In this document: piece after piece, positions 9,507 through 17,380 of the stretch
Layout: every line of letters begins with the position of its first letter
Position numbering within the stretch: position 1 is the stretch's first letter
Origin: Mycobacteriales bacterium
GTDB taxonomy: Bacteria > Actinomycetota > Actinomycetes > Mycobacteriales > SCTD01
Direction: 5' to 3'
NCBI GenBank assembly: GCA_046713755.1
Contig: JBKKBU010000037.1
Location: forward strand, 1 to 30,259
Length of the DNA stretch: 30,259 nt
The notes under the pieces: generated by a model
What the model was told of the DNA's origin: nothing
The model's input: the letters and a program-made list of their open reading frames with translations, nothing else
Database searches by the model: none
Made by a program: the position numbers and the translations under genes

Positions 9507-9814
9507 CGAGCGAGCTGCTGGCCACCGTCACCGTCTTCGTTCTGGCGCTGCTGGTCGGCTACGAGGTGATCGGCAAGGTGCCCGCCACGTTGCACACACC
9601 GCTCATGTCCGGGGCCAATGCCATCCACGGCGTCATCGTCGTGGGCGTCATCCTCGTCGCCGCCAGCACCGAGTCGACGCTCGGCTACATCGTGCTGTTC
9701 GTCGCGGCGGTGTTCGCGGCGATGAACGTCGTCGGCGGCTACGTCGTCACGGACCGGATGCTCCACATGTTCCGCGCCCGCCGCTCCGGCAGCGCTGGTA
9801 AGGGCACGTCGTGA
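9503..9814 (+). CDS. pntAb: NAD(P) transhydrogenase subunit alpha, part 2 (membrane)
   Basis: KVPATLHTPLMSGANAIHG and NVVGGYVVTDRMLHMF motifs; ATGA overlap with pntAa. Confidence 0.95.
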   Translation: MTSELLATVTVFVLALLVGYEVIGKVPATLHTPLMSGANAIHGVIVVGVILVAASTESTLGYIVLFVAAVFAAMNVVGGYVVTDRMLHMFRARRSGSAGKGTS

Positions 9815-11211
9815 GCACCGCCGCGCACCTGCTCTACCTCGTCGCCGCGGTCACCTTCGTCCTCGGGCTGCACCTCATGGGCTCGCCGGCCTCGGCCCGC
9901 CGCGGCAACCTGCTCTCTGCCGCCGGTATGGGACTGGCGATCCTCGTCGCGGTCGCGGTCCTCGTCGACGACGCCGTGATCGGTCGAACGGCCCTGCTGG
10001 TCCTGATCGGCGGGCTGGCCGTCGGATCGGTAGCCGGTCTGGTGGGCGCCCGGCGCGTGCACATGACGGACATGCCCCAGCTGGTCAGCCTCTTCAACGC
10101 GGTGGGCGGTGGCGCCGCTGCCCTCGTCGCGTTCGCCGAGGTCCTGCGCGCGGACGGCGTTCTCGATGACGGTCGGCTCAGCTTCGCGCTGCCGACGGTG
10201 CTTGACGTGCTCATCGGTGCGCTGACGTTCTCGGGCTCGCTCATCGCGGCCGGCAAGCTCGCGGGTCGGCTGCCCGGCAACCCGGTCACCTCGCAGGCCG
10301 GCCGGCTCGCCTCGATAGGCCTGACCTTGGTGGCGGTCGCAGGCTCGGTCGTGCTGCCCACCGGCAGGGGTGGCGCTCCGCTGCTGCTGGTCGTCGCGCT
10401 GACCGCGGTGACCCTCGGCGTGCTGCTGACCTTGCCCATCGGCGGCGCCGACATGCCGGTCGTCATCTCGCTGCTCAACGCCTGCACCGGGACCGCCGTC
10501 GCCATGGCGGGATTCCTGCTGGAGAGCGTCGTTCTTGTCATCGCTGGCGCGCTGGTCGGCGCGGCCGGCGCGATCCTGACGGTGCTGATGGCCGAGGCCA
10601 TGAACCGGTCGCTGCTGAGCATCCTGCTGGGCGGCTACGGCACCTCCGACGTGCACGAGGCGATCGCCGCCACGGGCAACATCCGCGAGACCTCCGTCGA
10701 CGATGCCGGCCTGCAGCTGGCGTACGCGTTGAAGGTGGTGGTGGTGCCCGGCTACGGGCTCGCGGCGGCGCAGGCGCAGCACGAGCTCGTGGGACTGTGC
10801 TCGGCACTCGAGGCGCACGGCGTCGAGGTGAGCTACGGCATCCACCCGGTCGCGGGCCGGATGCCGGGTCACATGAACGTGCTGCTTGCCGAGGCCGACG
10901 TGCCCTACCCGCAGCTGCGCGACCTCGACGAGATCAACCCGGAGTTCCCCCGCACCGACGTCGTGCTCGTCGTAGGCGCGAACGACGTCACCAACCCAGC
11001 GGCCCGCCGGCCGGGCAACGCCGTCTCCGGGATGCCGATCCTGGACGTCGACCACGCGCGCAGCATCATCGTCATCAAGCGCTCCATGGGCACGGGTTAC
11101 GCCGGGATCGACAACGACCTCTACACGGACCCGAAGACGTCGATGCTCTTCCGCGACGCGAAGGCGGGCCTCCGCGAGCTGACGACCGCCGTCCAGGCCT
11201 ACGTGCGCTGA
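9811..11211 (+). CDS. pntB: NAD(P) transhydrogenase subunit beta
   Basis: IGGADMPVVISLLN, VVPGYGLAAAQAQH, HPVAGRMPGHMNVLLAEA, GANDVTNPAA and KRSMGTGYAGIDN motifs. Confidence 0.97.
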   Translation: MSTAAHLLYLVAAVTFVLGLHLMGSPASARRGNLLSAAGMGLAILVAVAVLVDDAVIGRTALLVLIGGLAVGSVAGLVGARRVHMTDMPQLVSLFNAVGGGAAALVAFAEVLRADGVLDDGRLSFALPTVLDVLIGALTFSGSLIAAGKLAGRLPGNPVTSQAGRLASIGLTLVAVAGSVVLPTGRGGAPLLLVVALTAVTLGVLLTLPIGGADMPVVISLLNACTGTAVAMAGFLLESVVLVIAGALVGAAGAILTVLMAEAMNRSLLSILLGGYGTSDVHEAIAATGNIRETSVDDAGLQLAYALKVVVVPGYGLAAAQAQHELVGLCSALEAHGVEVSYGIHPVAGRMPGHMNVLLAEADVPYPQLRDLDEINPEFPRTDVVLVVGANDVTNPAARRPGNAVSGMPILDVDHARSIIVIKRSMGTGYAGIDNDLYTDPKTSMLFRDAKAGLRELTTAVQAYVR

Positions 11212-11234
11212 CCGCTCCGTGGTCCACAGCGCGA

Positions 11235-11265
11235 CGCATGCGGAATCGCATGCATAAGCGCATGC
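11235..11265. repeat. Three CGCATGC units at 12-bp period (putative TA operator)
   Basis: CGCATGC at 11235, 11247 and 11259. The third overlaps a CATGCT -10 lying 6 nt before ATG11273. Confidence 0.7.
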
Positions 11266-11272
11266 TGAACCC

Positions 11273-11497
11273 ATGGCGACCACGGTCCTCGTGTCAGAAG
11301 CGACGAGGGCCCGGGCGGCCGCGCTGGCGTCCCAACGCGGGACCTCGATCGGCGAAGTCGTTGACGACGCGCTCGATGCCTACGAGAAGGCCGAGTTCTG
11401 GCGCAAGACGCAGGATGCACTTGCGCGGCAGCCGGTCGAGCGCGATGAGGACCCGGCGTGGGAGCGCTCCGTCGCCGACGGCCTCGACCGTGAGTGA
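11273..11497 (+). CDS. Ribbon-helix-helix antitoxin (MazE-like)
   Basis: 74 aa. N-terminal strand-helix-helix pattern (TTVLVSEATRARAAALA..SIGEVVDDAL) and acidic tail WERSVADGL; overlaps the toxin start. Confidence 0.8.
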   Translation: MATTVLVSEATRARAAALASQRGTSIGEVVDDALDAYEKAEFWRKTQDALARQPVERDEDPAWERSVADGLDRE

Positions 11498-11831
11498 AGG
11501 TCTGCGAGGCCACATCTGGCTGACAGACTTCGGCGTCCCCGTCGGCACCGAGCGAGGCATGGTGCGACCGGCGTTGGTGGTGTCAGGCGACGGCTGGAAC
11601 CGTCATGCGTCGACCCTGACCGTCTTGCCCCTGACGAGGACGTCGCATGACTTCCCGACCCGGATCGAGGTTGAGGCCACGCCGCAGAACGGTCTGGACG
11701 AGACCTCGTATGCGCGCTGCGAGGACATCCGGGCAATCAGCGAACGGCGGCTGCTCCGCCCGCTCGGCCGCGTCGATCCGGTCGTGATGCTGACGGTCTC
11801 CCGGACCCTGCGGCTGTTCCTCGAACTCTGA
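11490..11831 (+). CDS. mazF: PemK/MazF family endoribonuclease toxin
   Basis: RGHIWLTDFG..GTERGMVRPALVVS..N..TVLPLT..CEDIRAIS.RRL motifs; GTG11490 is in frame. Confidence 0.92.
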   Translation: MSEGLRGHIWLTDFGVPVGTERGMVRPALVVSGDGWNRHASTLTVLPLTRTSHDFPTRIEVEATPQNGLDETSYARCEDIRAISERRLLRPLGRVDPVVMLTVSRTLRLFLEL

Positions 11832-11844
11832 GGAGTCCAACGAC

Positions 11845-11889
11845 GAGCGGGGCGTCACGCCGTACGCCATGCGGCACAGCGACACCCGG
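11845..11889 (+). pseudogene. Possible tyrosine-recombinase fragment (box II-like ERGVTPYAMRHSDTR)
   Basis: Reads ..GVTPYAMRHS.., resembling the (H/Y)xxRH motif. No start codon and no other integrase boxes. Confidence 0.25.
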
Positions 11890-12098
11890 ACCGCGCTGCG
11901 GCCCGACATGAGTCGCGCCGGACTCCCGGGCCTGAAGATCAACAGCACATCCGCACGCTTTTCAGGCCTGAATCCGTTGCTTTTGTACCAGTGATCATGG
12001 ACAGCGTCCGGGAGCGTCAGCATCCGCGAGGTGCACCTCTCGGCAAGTACCCAGAGCGGCCGTGAGCCGCCCGGCCGGTGGTTCGGATCAGGACCAGC

Positions 12099-12437
12099 TC
12101 AGGGCTCGGGATGGAGTCGGCTGATGAGTCGTGAGACCGCCGCTTCGAGTTCGTCGAGATCGCTGCCGACGGTAGTGGCGACGATGGCGTGAGAGGTGTC
12201 GAAGTACCGATGCGCGAGTTGGTCACGCATGGCGGCGATCTGCTTCCAGGGGATGGTCGGCTCGGTCGCAAGGAGGTGCGGTGAGAGCGCTTTGACGGCC
12301 TCCCCGATCTCCAGAATGCGGATCCGGATCGCGTCGAAGACCAGGCCGTCGGAGAGATCCCCGCGGAGCAGGTGCGCACGGATGGCCGCGATGGCGGTGC
12401 CAATGTCGCTCAGACGCTGATCGTCGTAGCGCTTCAT
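12099..12437 (-). CDS. HepT-like (DUF86) HEPN ribonuclease toxin
   Basis: IGEAVKAL..IPWKQIAAMRDQLAHRYF, which is an RX4HXY motif; coupled to the MNT gene. Confidence 0.92.
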   Translation of the reverse strand: MKRYDDQRLSDIGTAIAAIRAHLLRGDLSDGLVFDAIRIRILEIGEAVKALSPHLLATEPTIPWKQIAAMRDQLAHRYFDTSHAIVATTVGSDLDELEAAVSRLISRLHPEP

Positions 12438-12952
12438 AGGCGAATCAGGTCGGCCTCGACGAGCGGGCGCACTCCTGGCTTCAGGTCTGCCTCAGGGATC
12501 AGGTCGACCGAGCATCCGAGGAGGTCTTCCAGCTCCTCGCGGACGCGCCCGTAGCCGAGCATCCCCATGTCTTCGGGGAACTCGACGAGCAGGTCGACGT
12601 CGCTGTCACAGCGGTCTTCTCCACGGGCGACGCTCCCGAACACACCGAGAACATGAACACCGTGCTCGGCGGCGATGCGCACCAGCTCAGTCCGGCGACG
12701 ACGCAGTCGACGACCGATCGGTCCCGACAGGCGCCTCAGACCGTGCTTTGGAGTCCCGAACGTGACCTCGAGCTCGTAGCCTGTTGCCGCGATCAGGGCG
12801 GCGAGCGTCGGAACGGAGGGTTGCCTTCGACCCGCCTCGTACACGCTGATGACGCTCTGCGTGACGCCGGCTCTGCTGGCCACGTCGGCCTGGGACAGGC
12901 CCGCCGCCGTCCGGGCCTCGCGCAGCAGGCTGCCCGCACGCGTCGTGTCCAC
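12434..12952 (-). CDS. XRE-HTH fused minimal nucleotidyltransferase (MNT) antitoxin
   Basis: LREARTAAGLSQADVASRAGVTQSVISVYEAGRRQPS (XRE HTH) plus VFGSVARGEDRCDSDVDLLV (MNT). GTG12952 lies 6 nt after a TATCCT -10. Confidence 0.92.
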   Translation of the reverse strand: MDTTRAGSLLREARTAAGLSQADVASRAGVTQSVISVYEAGRRQPSVPTLAALIAATGYELEVTFGTPKHGLRRLSGPIGRRLRRRRTELVRIAAEHGVHVLGVFGSVARGEDRCDSDVDLLVEFPEDMGMLGYGRVREELEDLLGCSVDLIPEADLKPGVRPLVEADLIRL

Positions 12953-13139
12953 CGGCCAAGGATAGCGCATTGTGCATGTCTCGACGAACCGATACGCTGC
13001 GCGTACACACCTCCCGCTGCTTCCTTCAAGGCGAGGGACCTTCCGTGTCGTGGCCTGACGCGAGCAGGTCGAGGCTCACGTCGGCGCTTTCCTGCGCGCA
13101 AGCCCACGCCCGGCCAACGCGATCTGGCGGACATCGGGA

Positions 13140-13697
13140 CTACGGCATCGCGTTGCACAGCAAGGGACCGGCCCCGAGCGTGACGGCCTTATCCGATGGG
13201 CCGTCATGGACCTGCACGGAGCGGCCGAGCGACCCGCTCGTCGCGCAGGCGGTGCCGTCGAGGACCACCTTCACGGCGGCAGTACGTCCGGCGGTGCCGT
13301 CGAAGGTCGTCGATCCTGACCTACCGTCGCTCTCGAAGCGACCGCTCTGCAGCGTGAAGCCGTCGCCTGCCAGCGCCCAACTGACCTGCAGTCGCCGGCC
13401 GTTGATGATGGTCCGCAGCTCGGCTCGCTCGGCCTCGATGGTGAGCTGACCCGCCGCCAGCGGCATGGACGTCTGCGCGCTGCTGCACGACGACCGCACG
13501 CAGTCTTCGATCCGCATCAGCAGCGCGTCGCCTGCGGTCCCCCGGGACGCGACGATCTCGACCTCTCGATACCCGGTGGCGGTGTCGACGGTGAAGGAGG
13601 TGATCGCGGCCTCGGTCACGCCGTCGGCATGGGACGGCACGGCGACGGTTGCGAGAACGACGCCGGCGAGCAGGACGGCGGTGCGAAGCTGGATCAT
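13140..13697 (-). CDS. Secreted hypothetical protein A (185 aa, 4 Cys, beta-rich)
   Basis: Signal peptide MIQLRTAVLLAGVVLATVAVPSHA-D; GGAG RBS; preceded by an ECF promoter. Confidence 0.8.
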   Translation of the reverse strand: MIQLRTAVLLAGVVLATVAVPSHADGVTEAAITSFTVDTATGYREVEIVASRGTAGDALLMRIEDCVRSSCSSAQTSMPLAAGQLTIEAERAELRTIINGRRLQVSWALAGDGFTLQSGRFESDGRSGSTTFDGTAGRTAAVKVVLDGTACATSGSLGRSVQVHDGPSDKAVTLGAGPLLCNAMP

Positions 13698-13735
13698 CTG
13701 CGGATCTCCGATGTCAGGTGGTAGGTCGATCAGTG

Positions 13736-13761
13736 GACGGTGTCGGGGCAGCGCAGGTTCG
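13736..13761 (-). promoter_or_regulatory. ECF promoter CGAACC-N16-CGTC driving secreted protein A
   Basis: Read directly on the minus strand; the -10 continues CGTCCAC as in the divergent partner. Confidence 0.75.
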
Positions 13762-13774
13762 CTCCGAATTCGCG

Positions 13775-13800
13775 TGAACCTCGCGGGGGTCTGCGACGTC
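13775..13800 (+). promoter_or_regulatory. ECF promoter TGAACC-N16-CGTC driving sigma 1 (autoregulation)
   Basis: Exact 16-nt spacer; about 50 nt upstream of the sigma 1 start. Confidence 0.75.
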
Positions 13801-13852
13801 CACAGTCGTCAGCCCCGCCTGGGGCCGTCAGGGACGGATGCAGGGAGGTGAC

Positions 13853-14359
13853 GTGACACTGGACGTGTCGGCACCGTCCGCCACGCCGGCCGCAGACGAC
13901 TTCGAGGCGCTCTACACGGCGCACTTCCCGCGGCTCGCCGGCTACTGCCTGTCGCTGGTGGGCGACGCTGGTGCGGCCACCGACATCGCGCAGGAGGCCT
14001 ACGCACGGCTGTACGGCCGGTGGACCAGCGTCCGCGACCCGCAGGCCTGGCTGTTCTACGTCGCCACCAACCTCACGCACGATCACTGGCGCGGACGTCA
14101 GCGCGAGACCGGGCTCGTCGACGCGATCGGCGTCGTCGAGCAGCGCCGTGGACCCAGCCCCGCGCACGACCCGTGGTTGCGCGATCTCGTCGAGAGGCTG
14201 CCCGAGCGGCTGCGCAGGGCCGTCCTGCTGCACTACTACGCCGACCTGCCCGTCGAGGAGGTCGCGCGACTCCTGCATCGACCAGTCGGCACCGTCAAGC
14301 GCCGCCTCCACGAAGCGCGCGCCCTGCTGGGCGCGCAGATCGGACCGGACCGTGGTTGA
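13853..14359 (+). CDS. ECF sigma factor 1 (SigE-family-like)
   Basis: FEALYTAHFPRLAGYC..DIAQEAYARLYGRW (region 2) and LPERLRRAVLLHYYADLPVEEVARLLHRPVGTVKRRLHEAR (region 4); GGAGG RBS. Confidence 0.95.
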   Translation: MTLDVSAPSATPAADDFEALYTAHFPRLAGYCLSLVGDAGAATDIAQEAYARLYGRWTSVRDPQAWLFYVATNLTHDHWRGRQRETGLVDAIGVVEQRRGPSPAHDPWLRDLVERLPERLRRAVLLHYYADLPVEEVARLLHRPVGTVKRRLHEARALLGAQIGPDRG

Positions 14360-15209
14360 CCTCCCGCGCCGCCCCTTCACCTTCCTGCCGCCGCCGCCCG
14401 GCGGTAGTGCCGGCCCACGGCGGCGCGGCCGCGCCCGCCAGCGCAGGCAGGCCCTGGTCGCGGCCAGCGCCAGTGTGGTCGTGATCGCGTCTGTCGTCGG
14501 GCTGGGCCTGGCGTCCACGACGTCCGCCATCGATCGCCTTGAGCCGGAGCAGTTCGCGAGCCCGAGTGCGGGACCGACCGGGGACCCAGGCACCGGCGGC
14601 ACAGCGCGCCCCACACCGTCGAGCGCGGACAGCGCGCCAGCCTCACCTGCGGCAAGCAAGCCGGCAGCGGAACCGGGCACAGCCTCGTCCGCCCAGCCGA
14701 CCGGCGCCCCGGCGACCGCACCTGCAACGACTCCGGGGGGATCCGCGCGCCCGGTCCTGCAGCGCAGCTACCAGCCGCCGCCGGAACCGGCCGGAGCAAC
14801 GGTGTGCGGCGCCCGCGCGGAGGGCCCGGTCGGAGCGCCCGCGACCCGCATCGGATGGTGCACCGCGGTCGAGGTCGGCGACAGCAGCGGCAGCGGCAGC
14901 CGCTATCTCACCGTGAGGGCATGCCGCTCATCGGAGGCCGCAGCGGCGGATCTCCACGTCGACACCGGAGCGATCGCGCTGCGCGTCGAGCAGGACGAGC
15001 GGGTGCTCTGGCGCCTGGAGCTCCCCGACGAGCCGGCCGCCGTCCTCCGCACCGACCCCGGCGGTTGCTGGCGCTGGCGCTACACGTGGGACGGCCTCGC
15101 CGACAACGGCAAGCCGGTACCCGCCGGCAGTGCAACAGCGCTCGGGCGCTCGCTCAGCGACGAGTTGCGCGACACCGAGGTCAGTCAGGCCTACACCAGC
15201 GAGGGATGA
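14352..15209 (+). CDS. Putative transmembrane anti-sigma/sensor 1 with 4-Cys Ig-like (BsuPI/FlgD-like) C-terminal domain
   Basis: 8-nt overlap with sigma 1. Arg-rich cluster, TM helix (ALVAASASVVVIASVVGLGL), P/A/S/T linker, then TVC..GWC..CR..GCWRWRYTWDG..DNG. Confidence 0.8.
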   Translation: MVDLPRRPFTFLPPPPGGSAGPRRRGRARQRRQALVAASASVVVIASVVGLGLASTTSAIDRLEPEQFASPSAGPTGDPGTGGTARPTPSSADSAPASPAASKPAAEPGTASSAQPTGAPATAPATTPGGSARPVLQRSYQPPPEPAGATVCGARAEGPVGAPATRIGWCTAVEVGDSSGSGSRYLTVRACRSSEAAAADLHVDTGAIALRVEQDERVLWRLELPDEPAAVLRTDPGGCWRWRYTWDGLADNGKPVPAGSATALGRSLSDELRDTEVSQAYTSEG

Positions 15210-15328
15210 CCGTAGGACGCCGAGAGGGCAGCGGGGATAGGGATCATCAAAGCCATCAAGGGTGTCATTACTGGCGCTTTCGTTGAGTTCTGAGTGGCGA
15301 CGCCGAGGGGGGAACATGCGCGCGCGCC

Positions 15329-15964
15329 ATGACGGCGGCTGCCGCCATGCTGCTCGGGTTGGCAGCCCCGTCGCTGGCCGGCCCGAGTTCCTGCAACGTC
15401 GTCGTGGACGATGCTGGCGACGCCAATGAGAATCCAGCGGTGGGCGGGACGCCCGTCGACAGCCCGGTCCCGACCACGGCCGCGGTTGACGTTCTGACGG
15501 CGGACCTCGCCTCGGATTCGCGGACTCTGACCGGCGTCGTTCGGCTTTCGGCTGCACCGCAGCCGGACGCCCAGTCCCAGTCCGGCTACCTGTACGAGAT
15601 CCGGTTCACCGTCCGTGGGCACACCATGGCTCTGTTCGCCAAGACGACGGTTGACGGGCAGAGCTTCGACGCCAGCGAGGTGTCCGGGCCAAGCAACTTG
15701 CCACGATCAGCTGACGGACCACCGGTGACCGGACAGTTGGATCTTCGTGGCCGTCGGGTTCTGATCCACGCGCCCTGGTCCCGACTTGAGCAGCTCGCCG
15801 GGGAGTCGCTCAAGGGCGGAGTTGCCAGCGAGATCGCGGTCTACACCTACAAGGCCGCTGGCAGCCAAGCGACGGGTTCGTTCACTGTGGTGGCCGACAT
15901 CGCGGAGGCACGGCGCAACTACGTCCTTGGCTCACCATCGTGCCAGCGGCCAGGGCGATCCTGA
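15329..15964 (+). CDS. Secreted hypothetical protein B (terminal Cys pair)
   Basis: Hydrophobic signal-like N-terminus, SC..VVDDAGD at the mature N-terminus and YVLGSPSCQRPG at the C-terminus. Start uncertain (see findings). Confidence 0.75.
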   Translation: MTAAAAMLLGLAAPSLAGPSSCNVVVDDAGDANENPAVGGTPVDSPVPTTAAVDVLTADLASDSRTLTGVVRLSAAPQPDAQSQSGYLYEIRFTVRGHTMALFAKTTVDGQSFDASEVSGPSNLPRSADGPPVTGQLDLRGRRVLIHAPWSRLEQLAGESLKGGVASEIAVYTYKAAGSQATGSFTVVADIAEARRNYVLGSPSCQRPGRS

Positions 15965-16000
15965 GGACTCTCCGCGTGCGGCAACGCTTCCGAGGGGCGG

Positions 16001-16867
16001 CTAACGCAGGATCTTCGTCGTGCTTGTCCCGGTGAGGTTGCCCTGGTCGGGTGCGACGACGGTGGCGGTGACGGTGTACTCGCCGGCGCCGAGCAGAATG
16101 CCGTCGGATGTCGTGCCGTTCCAGGTTGTTGTCCATCGGTAGCACTGGGCCTGCTCGATGGTGAAGGCGTGCGACTGCTTGGCCAGCCGCTGGGTGGCGG
16201 ACCAGGTCCACAGCGTCTTGCCGGCGCGGCTGATGACGATTTCGAGCTCTTGGCTGGTGGGGAAAGTCAGGGTGCCGGAGCCGGTAATCCCGGCTGTCTG
16301 CCGGCACAGCTCCACTCCCACGGTAGCGACGTTGGTTCCGCTGACGTCGCCACGGTTGTACTCGTTGACGCACCAGCCGTGGTTGTAGGGATCACCGCTG
16401 GATGCTGGGTACTGGCACACCGACCCGGCCTGGGTGCCGGAGTAGGACCGTTGCACGCTCTTGTGCCAGGGGCGCCGGTCAGTGCTGCTGGCGCCTTTGG
16501 TCGGTCGGGGGGTCGCCTTGGGTGCCGACGCTGCCGTTGGCTGCGTCTCGGAGCCAGTCGTGACCGCACCCTGCGTGCCCAGTGCGGCCCCAGCCTGTGA
16601 TGGTGGGGCGGCGAGCGGGCCGCGGGAGGCTGCGACGCTGGGGTTCGCCTCGGGGCCTGTGCGAGCCGGCTGCTGCAGCACGGTGTCGCTTGTCCCGCCG
16701 CCGGCAAAGACTGCGAAGGCCACGACGACCGACGCGGCTACAGCGGTACTTGCGCCGCCGGTGACGGCGAGGCGCCGCCGGCGCAGCTGGACGCCACGCT
16801 CCACTGCGCTAGCCAACGCGCCCAGCGGGGGCTGGCGGCGAAAGCTGGGGTTGGTGCCAAGCCTCAT
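16001..16867 (-). CDS. Putative transmembrane anti-sigma/sensor 2 with BsuPI-like domain
   Basis: ATGA overlap with sigma 2. RRRR then TM helix, then linker, then SVC..GWC..CR..LTFPTSQELEIVI..LWTWS..QCYRWTTTWNG..DG..GEYTV. Confidence 0.82.
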   Translation of the reverse strand: MRLGTNPSFRRQPPLGALASAVERGVQLRRRRLAVTGGASTAVAASVVVAFAVFAGGGTSDTVLQQPARTGPEANPSVAASRGPLAAPPSQAGAALGTQGAVTTGSETQPTAASAPKATPRPTKGASSTDRRPWHKSVQRSYSGTQAGSVCQYPASSGDPYNHGWCVNEYNRGDVSGTNVATVGVELCRQTAGITGSGTLTFPTSQELEIVISRAGKTLWTWSATQRLAKQSHAFTIEQAQCYRWTTTWNGTTSDGILLGAGEYTVTATVVAPDQGNLTGTSTTKILR

Positions 16868-17355
16868 CGGGGGTCCTCTCCGAGTGCAACAGCGAGCTGC
16901 GTCCTGGCCTCGTGCAGGCGGCGTTTAACCGTCCCGAGCGGCCGTTTCACGAGCCGAGCGACGGTCTCCAGCGACAGGTCGGCGTAGTAGTGCAACAGCA
17001 CGACGTCGCGCAACCGAGCCGGCAGGCGACGGACCGCATCGACGGTGTGGTCATGCCCCGCTGGCACCTGCCGTTCCGGCAGCACCGCGGGGTCGATCGT
17101 GGGCTCGCGGCGCTGGTCGTGCCAACGCTGCCGAACAAGATTGGTGGCGATCTTGAAGGCGTAAGGCCGCGGCTCAGCCAGGGCCCCGAAGCGGGCGTAG
17201 ACCCGAGCCAGCGACTCTTGGGCGACGTCCTCAGCAGCGACCAGGTCACCCGAGGTCAACGTCGCGGCGAACGCGAACAGGTCCGGCCAGACCGCGGTGT
17301 AGAAGTGCTCGAACGTGTCGGGCACGGCACGCACCACGGCCTCTCGTACTCCCAT
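16864..17355 (-). CDS. ECF sigma factor 2
   Basis: FEHFYTAVWPDL..AEDVAQESLARVY and LPARLRDVVLLHYYADLSLETVARLVKRPLGTVKRRLHEAR. Start could be ATG17355 or a nearby GTG. Confidence 0.93.
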   Translation of the reverse strand: MGVREAVVRAVPDTFEHFYTAVWPDLFAFAATLTSGDLVAAEDVAQESLARVYARFGALAEPRPYAFKIATNLVRQRWHDQRREPTIDPAVLPERQVPAGHDHTVDAVRRLPARLRDVVLLHYYADLSLETVARLVKRPLGTVKRRLHEARTQLAVALGEDPR

Positions 17356-17380
17356 CGCCAGGTCGGTCACAGCATCACCA

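Noticed and set aside
8177-9814. 545-aa ORF suggesting a frameshifted single-chain PntA
   Set aside because: Only its last 103 codons are real (pntAb). A split alpha subunit with ATGA coupling is the normal actinobacterial arrangement.
10797-11489. Long N-terminal extension on MazF
   Set aside because: An off-frame shadow of pntB and the antitoxin; the real start is GTG11490.
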